This document shows, one piece after another, positions 53,623-64,000 of a stretch of 64,000 nt of DNA (its first letter is position 1; every line of letters starts with the position of its first letter). This DNA is from Chara braunii (lineage: Eukaryota; Plantae; Charophyceae): positions 4,869,759-4,933,758 of the forward strand of contig BFEA01000013.1 of the NCBI GenBank assembly GCA_003427395.1, given 5' to 3'. Under the pieces are notes generated by a model, which was given only the letters and a program-made list of their open reading frames with translations, ran no database searches and had not been told where the DNA came from. A program made the position numbers and the translations under genes.

Positions 53623-54108
53623 ATGAGTGTTGTCCCCTTTTTGGACAAACCTCTTGATGCCTGGTCCAGGGCAGAATGGGATAGAGCGATCTTGGCAAGG
53701 AAATGTCCATGGCATAAGGAGTATAAGTTTGCTTCCGCGTCGGAGTGGGGGAGTCTAATCAAAGTACCTCATTATGTCAATGGTGTCAGACAACTTCCGT
53801 CTCTGCGCGCCGCACTCGGACATGAAGAGAATAAGCGGTTTTACCTTCTCATGAAAAACGTCACAAGGTCACCTCGAGTGTGGTCTGCGGACTTGAAACA
53901 AGAGTTGTTGGACTGTGCATCGTACAATCCATTTTTGGAACTATATCTGCTGCGTGGTGCTGGAATGGAGCGACAGGGTGTGTCGTACTGTTGCATACGG
54001 GTTGTCTTTGGTCGGTTCCGACTTCTACAGAGTGTTGTGTGTGGCATGTTCGAACCTAAAGCGGACTTTGGTAAATGCTGTAGTGCTAATTTCTTCCAAC
54101 AAGCTTAG
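53623..54108 (+). CDS. Unknown ORF (161 aa) downstream of the transposase, inside the element
   Basis: ATG-initiated ORF with protein-like composition; no recognisable motif. Confidence 0.35.
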   Translation: MSVVPFLDKPLDAWSRAEWDRAILARKCPWHKEYKFASASEWGSLIKVPHYVNGVRQLPSLRAALGHEENKRFYLLMKNVTRSPRVWSADLKQELLDCASYNPFLELYLLRGAGMERQGVSYCCIRVVFGRFRLLQSVVCGMFEPKADFGKCCSANFFQQA

Positions 54109-54594
54109 AATCTATGGTCGCAATATGGGGAATCTGCGCCTTCTCGACGAGAACGGCACTCCGATTTGGTGATTGTCGGTCAAATTGATGAGGTTGACAA
54201 GTGGCATGAGGTAGAGCAAGTGGCATGTTGTGTGCGTGACGCCATCGGTAAGTCCTTGGCAGGTTTGGTAGGTTCGTAAGGATGAAATACATTTCAGTGT
54301 TCTCGGATGTGACGACGAAGGGACAACCACAAACCCTTGCTTTCGGGTTGTCAATGAATGTCTTATACGGGTTTGGTTCTCATAGGACGCGGGGACACTT
54401 GTAAATGCTTTAAATTTGTAAATAATAGCGTTTTAGAAGATTTAGATTACGGCGACTTGTAACATTTTATTTAGATGTAATTCAATTTAGAGTTGACTCG
54501 TAGCATTTAATTTAGACGTAGTTCGATCATGCATTTACGATTTCTCACACGTGTGCATACGATTTTTAATTTTTAATTTTTTATGAATATTTCT

Positions 54595-55385
54595 TGAAGT
54601 GCGACCGAATCCATGGTACTCACTTGACTTCAAGTTTATGACAATGTCATGTAAGTTTATGATAATTTGTCGAAGTGCAACAAAATTCATACTTAAACCA
54701 ACTCGTTTACCGTGTGATTGCATAAACTCTTCAATTGACTTCCAGTTTAGGTCATTTAAAATACGTCTGACTCAATGCTCAGTGATATACAAAATTAATC
54801 GAAGTGTGATGCAGACTTTGAGGTCATTCACAACCTTCTCGTTCAGTGTCTCATGACATTTATCGTTCGAGTGAATCTCACTGTATAACAATGGCATGCC
54901 AATTACGTATTTTAAGTAACATAAATTATCGAAGTTCGATGAAATCCATACTTAAACCACCTCGTTTACAGTGTGATTGCTTTGAATTTTACTCTTCGAT
55001 TGAGTTTCAATTATGCAAGTGACACCAGTTACGTCTTTTATGTTACATAAATTATTGAAGTGCGATGAAATTCATACTTAAATCATATCGTTTACCGTGT
55101 GATTCTCTTAAAGTTACTCTTCGATTGAGTTCAAATTTATGCAAGTCACAATGTCATATAAAATAGTTTTGACTCAATGTTCACACAAAATTTTGAAGAC
55201 CCGCGAAATAGTTGTTCAATGTCTCATTGCAGTGAGTGTTGAATTCTCTTGAGTTTCAATTTCTGACAACTCCATGTCAATTACCGTAACGACTTTTAAG
55301 TTACAAGATTTATGGAAGTGCAATGGAATCCACACTTAAACCATCATGTTCAGTACGTGATTGCCTCAAATCTTTAGTTCAATTC
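54595..55385 (+). repeat. Right subterminal direct repeats (4-5 copies)
   Basis: GAAGTGCGATGAAATTCATACTTAAACCA..TCGTTTACCGTGTGATTG at ~54672, 54931, 55057 and 55316. Confidence 0.75.
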
Positions 55386-56099
55386 CAATTTATGGCTTGT
55401 CAATTGCATTTTTCGAGTTTACTACTTATATCCTAGGTTCCATTTAAGTCCAAAATATGGTGATTTTAACATGAAATTAATAGCTTGCAAATACCGATTT
55501 AAAATATAATGTCTTATTTTAACGAATAATATGTTTCTAATCTATTACAACAAATCACTACCTCTCAACACCTCAAAGGGTCAACAACGGCCACACACGC
55601 AACAACTGCACCAAAAACGTAACGATTTTGTTATTGAGAAGTAACACTACCGCTGCCAAGGATATGGCAGCCTATCCGCTGGGTGAACCACAAGTCCTAA
55701 TACTGAGGGGCAACCAACCAGTTTGCCAGTCAGTGGTGGTGGCAAAAAACCACTGTCATCGATGTTCTAAAGCTTGAAACAACGGCTTGTTCTTCCTTGT
55801 CAGTGGCAGAATCACAACTACTAGGCTCACGACAAGTAGGGGTCGCAATAACGGATGACACGATGTACATAGGCATTGTTCGTCGTCATAGTGGTCAAGC
55901 TCTATCAGGATCACGAAAAAGGATGTGTAGTTGCATCTAGGATCATGGCGGTAACCATTAGTAATAACCTTAGGCTCTACTTCTGCTTTTACCAAATGCT
56001 CAAAAAGGAGAAAGAACCTTACGCTAAAATATGGAAAAATACATCGTCGTTCGTCTCTTACTCTCGCTTTGCCTCTTTGATGAATAGTCAGCGCCTACG

Positions 56100-56162
<63 letters not shown>

Positions 56163-57675
56163 TCTCTCTCTCTAGCGGATTCCCTTCTTAGTTCGAAGCA
56201 TGCTCTTGTTGCAATGTAGGTTTCTCAGACGGAAATGGTCCCAACAATAAGCATCGGGATCGGGACACCGAGTAGAGCTCGGATGAAAGTCCCAGCCTCA
56301 ACGTTACTATGGTGATCCGAATAACTAGAGGGAGGTGAGCATCCCGCCGATCAAGCCGCCAAGCTTGACCAACACGAACACCAAGATTGAAGACGACGGC
56401 ACTTGGGGATGACGGCAACAATCGGAGCGAGCAGTACTACCACGACCTCGAGTAGCATCAACATGTCCTTCCAAGCAAAATGAAGAATGAAATCTTTATG
56501 CCAACACTAGGCATAAGCCTCACGCCAGAAGAATCGGAAGGTACTCCTTCGATGAGCAGTTCATCTGCTCACCTGCGTACATAGTCTCCTGCTCGTTGTC
56601 CTCTTATACGCCTCTCACACATGCTCGACCCGCCATGCGGAAGACCATTCGCGACTGCAGCTGAACTGTACCTTTGGTTGGAACATGGGAAAATACACAT
56701 GCAGCTTTGAAGCGAATCTTCTGTTGGAGCACGACCAGATGCACTGACCCCAAGAAAAAGCAAGCGCGATATCAAACAATGGGCGATAAACAAGATGAGT
56801 GGCATCGGACTGGAGTTGTTTGTGTCATTGAGCACATAGGTAGGTAGATTCGAGCGCTACCTCGACTACATTGAAGGATATGAGGATCATCGCAATTGGA
56901 CAGCTCAAATGACGAACGAGATGATTTCAACGACGAGTCCGATAGCCAAGACTGCCAACCTTTACTACCCTCCACAAGTATAAAGATGGGAATGACTCTT
57001 TCCTCAAAATGAGGAAAGATACATTATCATGAAAACGACAAATACTTCGCTAGAGAAGCGCGACGTATGGAGCCAGTATCCTGCCGTCTCCGATATCACC
57101 CTCCACAATGTCACCCTCCATTTGAGCACAATGACCCCTCCTGCGAAGCATACAAACTTGACGATAGGTTAAGTAATGCTGACCACGACATGCGTGGTGG
57201 TTATCACAACAGGCTCGAGGACGTGCACCTTCTCCTCTACACACCGGGGTCCCTTGCTCGTCAAAGTTCTCCTTTTCTCCCCCTATCTCCTTCCTTACGC
57301 GGCTTCTGTTCGTTTTCTCCCCCACTCTGTCCTCACGCCTCCTCGTCACCGCGCACCTTCTGTTTTGCCAGCTTCCTGTAACCTCCTCCTCCTACCGCTT
57401 ATAGCCCCGCCTTGATAATAACTATAAAAAATGACCACGATGACTACGATAAAAAGTATTCTAAAAAATAGCGGCAACCGACTTGATCATGGCTAAGTAG
57501 CCCGCTCCGGCCCACCACAATCAATCAAGTAACACCAGAATGTATCTTCCGCTAGAAACCAAGAAGATACATTTCAGGTGAGCACTTCTTCCTTTCTGCT
57601 CCTCACCCCTTTCCTAGTGTACTGCGTGCCTTACGACTCTCACTCTGACCGAGAGCAAACTTCGAAAATCAGCAA

Positions 57676-57687
57676 CTCTTGATACCA
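57676..57687 (-). promoter_or_regulatory. Primer-binding site (tRNA-Met-like) of a minus-strand LTR element
   Basis: Minus strand reads ...GGGGGGCA-G-TGGTATCAAGAG. Confidence 0.7.
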
Positions 57688-57688
57688 C

Positions 57689-58680
57689 TGCCCCCCGAGG
57701 TCTTATAATTGCCCCGCTGACCCTTTCGACTAAAGGTGGGAGTACTACCTGGCCCACCGACACCAGCTATTCCGTCCGACTCTTCCCCTACATTGTCCCT
57801 TATTTTAGCGAATGTCCCGAAGAACCGAACCCAGACAATTGCCCCGTGATACCACCATAGTACCGAACGACCCTTAGCAATTCATAAATATCTGGTTTTA
57901 CTCATCAAGGTTGATCATCTAGGTTCCAACACCGTTCTGTATTTCAACAGTTCTATGGTGTACCCACTGAGCTAGGCTCTTGGGTACCAAGCCGGTTCCG
58001 GAACCGGTACCGGAGCCAAAATGAAAAATGAGCAGGGAAGAAAGAGAGGAACCTGCTTGTCCCCCTTTGGTCTTACCTGACCCTCAACCCGTTAGTTTCT
58101 TCACAAGACGCTCCTCTGCTCCTTCACTATCGACTGCTAGCTTCGATCCCCGAATCTGCAGACTGGAAGTTTGATGCAGGCCTAAGGCCGGGTGTAGTAG
58201 ATGCGGATTCCCTTATAAAGAGTACCCGCTCTGCTCCTAAGTCAGTCGGACAACACTAATAAACATGCTTTGGCACGTCGGCCATTTCTTCGACTCCCAC
58301 GCTCCTGGCCCTGCCACATGAAGGGATCAGTTCTACCTGTGGCCACCATGCCTGCGACACAATCATGCTGTTGCAAAAACTCTGCCCCTTTTCAGTAGGC
58401 TATTTTCCCAAAAGGCCGTACTTTTACCCTTCTAGCGTCGAGAAAACGTGGCTTTCATCTATATCACATCCTTACTTATGTCCACCATTCCAAGGTCGTT
58501 CGCCCACTCCTACCGCTGGCCAAAACATGGTCAACATAGGGATTCACACACTTCGTATAGCGCTGATCCTAATGCCACCTCTGGTAAGTCAATGGTTCTA
58601 ATGACTAATTCCTGACATTGGTCGCCTAACGCCAGTCCCGGCACGAATGCACTTTGAGTTTGCGCGATACTTAGCCAACA
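57689..58680 (-). mobile_element. LTR of the minus-strand retroelement; its interior continues at 57675-55540 and 33265-~26030
   Basis: Ends in CA next to the PBS; TATA-like TTTATAAG at ~58215 (minus). The interior is rejoined once the TSD-flanked 22-kb transposon is removed. Outer boundary uncertain. Confidence 0.55.
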
Positions 58681-59389
58681 TCATACCCCCCCCCTCACTC
58701 GCGCAATCAGGCGCAGGTATCGCTCATGCAACTAGCTTATAACATAAGCAGATGCTTGCCTAAAACCCATGCGTGGTGTCGAAGTGCACGCCCATGCAGT
58801 TTCTAATCTGATCAAATGTGCGTCTGCCATTCCCAAGTTCTGAGTGTTGGTTGTGGTCGCTCAGAAATGAGACATTCTCACTTATTATAAAAAATGCATC
58901 TCATGCGAGATGCAAGAATACACATAAATACCCTTGTAAGGTGTCCATGCTGACAACGTTGATGCAGATGAACATTTTGGACGTGAGCCATCCGATAAGC
59001 GAGCGTCCTTTTTTTCCCATTTGTTTTTGTTTCTGCCTTTTTTTTCCTTTTATTTTTGTTTGTAAGGTGTCGTTTTGCATGTGGGGCACACGGTCGACGT
59101 TGATGTGGATGAACATTTTGGAGGTGAACCATCTGATAAGTGGGCGGCCTTTTTTTCCCTTTCATTTTCGTTTCTGCCTTTTTTTCCTTTCATTTTTGTT
59201 TGTTGGGTGTCATTTTGCGTTTCATGTTTTTTCTTCTATTTGTGTTTGTTGGGTGTCCTTTTGTGTTTCATTTTTTCTTCGTTCTCTTGGCCGCTGTGTC
59301 GTTTTGTTTCCTTGCCCGATGTATTGTTTGCTTTTCACGTGCAGCGTTTCCTTTTGTCTCGCTCACCAAAAAGAAAAAGAAAAGTGTGC

Positions 59390-60853
59390 GCCCGCCTGCC
59401 TACCCACACACATGCACGCACGCATAGACACACCCGCCCGCCCGGCCGCCCGCCCGCCCACCCACCCACCCACCCACCCACACATCTAAATATTTTGAAG
59501 TTCGTTGCTGACTGTTGTAATTGACGTTTGAACCCACACACAGATTTGAGAAACCCAACGGCCTGATGAGATAACCATTGAGGCAGATTGGGTCCCCATG
59601 TGGTTTTTGGGACCTTTTTTTTTTTTTACGTGTATCATGTGTCAGGCAGCTGGCACGTCAGGATGTGTCTGTGTGTCCAAACCCTAACCTTGCAAAGTGG
59701 AAAACCAAACAAATGGCTGAAATGCAAAGTGTGTCGAATCGCCACCATGATGCATTTTACAGCCAAAAGGAATTTTATTTATTTTTAAATATTTTTTCTA
59801 AACAGATTACAATGAAATTTATGGACTCTGAAGTTTTTTTATTTTTCCATACATTCTTCTGAGCTAAAAAAATCACAGAAGATGTAGGACTTTGTAGTTG
59901 GACGGCACATGGCATAGCAGCGAAAATGAAAAAAGTGACGAATTCGCGCGGTGGTTATTTGACAGTCGAAATAATTTTTTATTAATTTAATTTTTAAAAA
60001 ATATTTTTCCTGAAAAAATCACGACTTAATCTACATGCCCTCCGATTTTCACAATTGTTAACGCATTCTTCTGACCGTAAAATAGCACTGAACTTTACTG
60101 AAGTTAGGGTACTTTTTCAATCGGCCCACACGTTGAAGAGTGGCAAAAATGGAAAATGCACCGAATTGGCATGCTAACCATTTCAGCATCATTTTTTTTT
60201 TCCAGTTATTTTTCGTAGCAATATCAGCACCTAATATACAGTTCCATTAATTTTCAGGATTTTCAACGAATTCTTTCTGAGCTGGAAAAATCATTAAGGT
60301 TAGGGTATTTTTTCTATTGGCCCACACGTCGTGGAGTGGCAAAAATGGAAAATGAACCAAATCGGCTCGACAACTATTTCAGGGTCGAAGCTATTTTTCT
60401 TTGTTTTTTGTATATGCTTCCCAGAAAGATCACGACAGCGGGTTACCAAAACTTCAAATTTTTCTGATTATTAGTCTAAGCGCAAAAAATCGTCAAAGCT
60501 AGGGTACTTTTTAGTTGCGGGACTGGATCCCCAAGAAACCAACAATCGCCTCCCTTCTGAAAAACCTCGCCCTAACTCACTGGAGGCAAGTTTTCTGTGG
60601 CGGGGGATAGGTGGTTTAAACCACCAGTACCTCGCCCAGCTATCAAGTTCGAGGCTCGAACTACCAGTAGCCCATGGAAAGAAAAAAACACTCCTCAGAC
60701 AACCGGTCGTACATCATGGAAAAAGAAAAAAAAGAAAAAAAGAAAAAAAAAACGAACAACATTCTCCAAAAAAACAAAGGAAATCAGACATACCCCACGA
60801 GAATGAATCTTCCTCCATAAAGAGGAAGATTCATTCTCATGGGACGTTTACAG

Positions 60854-60948
<95 letters not shown>

Positions 60949-60977
60949 NNNNNNNNNNNNNNNNNNNNNNNNNNNNN

Positions 60978-61043
<66 letters not shown>

Positions 61044-61175
61044 TGGTGCGCCAAACTCAGCGCCAGACAGTGGAGAATGTCACCACGCCACTCTCCAAAT
61101 GTGCAAAATGAGAGCGAGAACATGGGTCGATGCGCCCACCACTTTTTGTCTTTTTCACATCACAAGTGTTGTGGA

Positions 61176-61253
<78 letters not shown>

Positions 61254-61298
61254 GTCCCACCGAGAATGAATGGAAGATTCATTCATTCTCGGTGGGAC

Positions 61299-61353
<55 letters not shown>

Positions 61354-61524
61354 CACATTTTGACGCCGAATTTGGTGCGCCAAACTTGGCACTAGACAGT
61401 GGAGAGAGTCGCCATACCACTCTCGAAATGTGCAAAATGAGAATGAACTTGCTGCGACAACACGGGCAGATGCACCCATCACTTTTTGTCTTTTTCACAT
61501 TTCGAGAGTGCTGCAGCGACTCTC

Positions 61525-61583
<59 letters not shown>

Positions 61584-61701
61584 GCGCCACCGAGAATGAA
61601 TGAAACTTCCTCTACACCGAGAATGAATGAAACTTCCTCTACACCGAGAATGAATGAAACTTCCTTTATAAAGCGGAAGATTCATATATTCTCGGTGGGG
61701 C

Positions 61702-61765
<64 letters not shown>

Positions 61766-61982
61766 AGCGAGAGAGAGAGCCAGACAAAGTTTGACGCCGA
61801 GTTTGGTGCACCAAACTCGGCGCCAGACAGCGGAGAGAGTCGCCACACCACCCTCCAAATGTGCAAAATGAGAATGAACTTGCCGTGAGAACACAGGGAG
61901 ATGCACCCACGACTTTTTGTCTTTTTCACATTTCGAGAGTGGTGTGGTGACTCTCTCAGTCTCTCTCTCTCTCTTTCTCTCT

Positions 61983-62043
<61 letters not shown>

Positions 62044-63480
62044 CACACACACACTCCCCCCCTGCCACGCCCATTTTTTTTCCTGTTCGTTTTCGTCAAC
62101 GTTTTTTGTTTTTTCCCCCCTTGTTTTTTCGGGAATACCGCTCGTTTGTCCTTAGGTACCCCGCCTGATGCAGCGTGTTAACGGTCGCATTGGATTTTTT
62201 TTAGTTGGGCGAGGTACTGGCGGGGTTTAATGAGTAGGGGAGCAAGGCCCACGGTGTCCATGGGAGTTGAAGTTGGCTAAAGGCTCCCCGGGAGCTGAAG
62301 CTGGCTAACGGCATCACGACACCACTCTCTTTTATCCTACCCCTTAAGCGCGAGCGGCCCGTGGGGGGAGGTCGTGTTCCGCTGCGGGCCAGAATCGGGC
62401 CGAAGTTTTCATTCGGGCCGGCGGATGAAGGCGATCGAGGGAGGGGGAGCCCGCAGAGTGGCGCGCGTACCGAATTGTTCACAGCGCGCCAAGAAATGAA
62501 GGAGCGCGCCCACGGGGCCGAGCGGCGGCGGGCGTCGATGAAAGGGTAAGGACACCCCCTTTTTTTTGTTTAATTTGCAAACTGCATTTTTAATTTTTCT
62601 TTTTTTTTTTTGTAATTGCGTTTTTAAATTTTTTTTTCTTTGCATTTTTTTTCTTCAGTTTCCAACTCCAAGTTTCCCTTTTTTTTGTGGCGGTTTCTTT
62701 TCCCTTTTTTTTTTGTGGCGGTTTCTTTTCAGTTCTGGGCGGGAAGAAAACAACAAGTCCAAAAGAGAATAGAAGCCACGTGGCCTCCCAACATACCCGC
62801 CCGCCCGCCCGCACACACACACCACCCACCCACCCACACGCACGCACGCACGCACGCACCCACCGACCCACACACACACACACACAAATATATATATGTT
62901 AGTATTGAAGCTTGCTGACAATGGTTGTGGTCGGGTTGGGGTTTGAACCCACACACAAATTTTGAATACCCAATTACCCGAAGAGATAACCACTAAGGTG
63001 AACTGGGTCCCTGTTTGCTTTTGGGGGCTGCTTTCTTTTGAAGTGTCTCCGACGTCAGGCAGCTGGCACGTCAGGATGTGCTTAAGTGTGCAAACCCTAA
63101 TATTGGGTCTCCAATTTATTTCGTGGTTTAAATTATTTTTATATTTTTGTTAAATATTTTTCCTGAAAAGATCAGAAGCAAATCTACGAACCCTCCAATT
63201 TTCAAGGTCTTTGGAGCATTCTTTGGAGCGCGAAAAATCGTTGAAGTCGGAGTACTTTTCCCGTTGGCCCAGAAATGGCAGAGTGGCAAAACTGGAACAT
63301 GCACCGAATCAGCGCGGCGATTGTTTTGAGGTCAAAATGAATTTTTACAATTTTTCTGATATTTTTCCTAGAAAGATAACGAGAAAATCTACGGACCCTC
63401 AAATTTTCAGAGTTTTCTGAGAATTGTTTCAAGAGCGAAAAATAGCCAAAGTCGCCGCTGTCAAAATTGCAGGACTAGGC
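59390..63480 (+). repeat. Two diverged direct copies of a non-coding repeat (~59390-60500 and ~62790-63480)
   Basis: Both have (CCCA/CG/CA)n tracts, GTTTGAACCCACACACA, GAGATAACCA, TGGGTCCC and GTCAGGCAGCTGGCACGTCAGGATGTG...CAAACCCTAA. Confidence 0.75.
60795..62040. repeat. Three tandem modules of palindrome-(GA)n-core-(TC)n
   Basis: Core TTGGTGCGCCAAACT...ATGTGCAAAATGAGA...CTTTTTGTCTTTTTCACAT occurs three times; palindrome CAACGTCCCACCGAGAATGAAT...ATTCATTCTCGGTGGGACGTTG. Confidence 0.85.
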
Positions 63481-63754
63481 TTGTCGTTTCGGCCTCCAGT
63501 TGTCGCCCTCCCTATTACCATTCAAGGAAGGGGGGACCGTCGGATATCAAGAAAATGTCGTTTTGTGCCCTGCCGCGTTTTTCTTTTTCGTTTTCGGGTT
63601 TTCTATTCAAAGAGGAAAAAAAAAGGGAAAATAATTTATGGTTTTTTTTCTTTTGTTTCTTTTTTTTCCCGGTAATCGATTTTACTTTCTTTTTTTTGGG
63701 TAATCCAATATATTTCAGTTTTTACTTTCTTTTTTTTGGGTAATCGAATATATT

Positions 63755-63818
63755 TCAGTTTTTTGGTAAGGCACGCAAGTGGCATTCTGGAGGTCGTGGG
63801 TTCAATCCCCATTGGCCT
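63755..63818 (+). other. tRNA-like fragment (possible SINE head or pseudo-tRNA)
   Basis: TGGTAAGGCAC...GGAGGTCGTGGGTTCAATCCCC (T-arm / B-box). Acceptor and anticodon stems do not pair. Confidence 0.4.
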
Positions 63819-64000
63819 CATGTACCTTCCTGGGCATGCTTGGCGCCCGCCACCTAGAGATAGCCCGTTGGTCCCCCCAACTGGCATTAAAAATATATAT
63901 ATATATATTTTAGTTTTTTTTCCTTCTCGTGTGTCGGGCTGTCGGGTTGTCCAAATTTCGGTGTTTCGTCGTTTTGCCATCCACGGAGGCAGGTGGACGG

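Larger units (their letters stand above)
33270..55535 (+). mobile_element. Giant (22.3-kb) Sola/DUF7869-like DNA transposon with cargo genes
   Basis: 33-bp TIRs AACATGTTATTCGTTAAAATAGGAGATTATATT (33270-33302) and reverse complement at 55503-55535 (30/33 identical). 4-bp TSD TCTA at 33266-33269 and 55536-55539. Internal DDE transposase pseudogene. Confidence 0.88.

Noticed and set aside
33270-55535. Classifying the giant element as MULE, CACTA or Zisupton because of Ulp1
   Set aside because: The 4-bp TSD, non-CACTA termini and DGMD / NCxRENKN / GHT transposase motifs fit Sola/DUF7869-like elements instead.
63755-63818. Functional tRNA gene
   Set aside because: Only the T-arm is convincing; a cloverleaf cannot be formed.

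Overview
Repeat-dense eukaryotic DNA with assembly gaps and no intact host gene. The element types and Gag/hAT-like peptides resemble a streptophyte alga such as Chara (inference). The window is a set of nested transposons. (1) Left: L1/Tx1-like LINE fragments, then a Gypsy-type element (5' LTR 4825-10380, PBS, gag 24776-26030). One LINE interrupts its LTR and a second its leader; the second is split by a 7.2-kb hAT element with an 8-bp TSD. (2) A minus-strand LTR element (LTR from 57689, PBS 57676-57687) whose long non-coding interior appears to run down to ~26030. It holds a ~420-nt hairpin and an array of ~18 conserved stem-loops separated by unique ~30-nt spacers (30468-31755). (3) Inserted in that interior is a 22.3-kb DNA transposon (33270-55535) with 33-bp TIRs, a 4-bp TCTA TSD and a decayed Sola/DUF7869-like DDE transposase. 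Its cargo is a Ulp1 SUMO-protease pseudogene and a gene resembling a ParB domain fused to a beta-class N4/N6 DNA-methyltransferase fold. It also has >30 dispersed copies of a 22-bp palindromic motif and a near-central loop-less palindrome inside a GATC cluster. (4) Right: microsatellite/palindrome repeat modules and a tRNA-like fragment. The best candidates for an undescribed system are the cargo transposon with its motif, and the stem-loop/spacer array.
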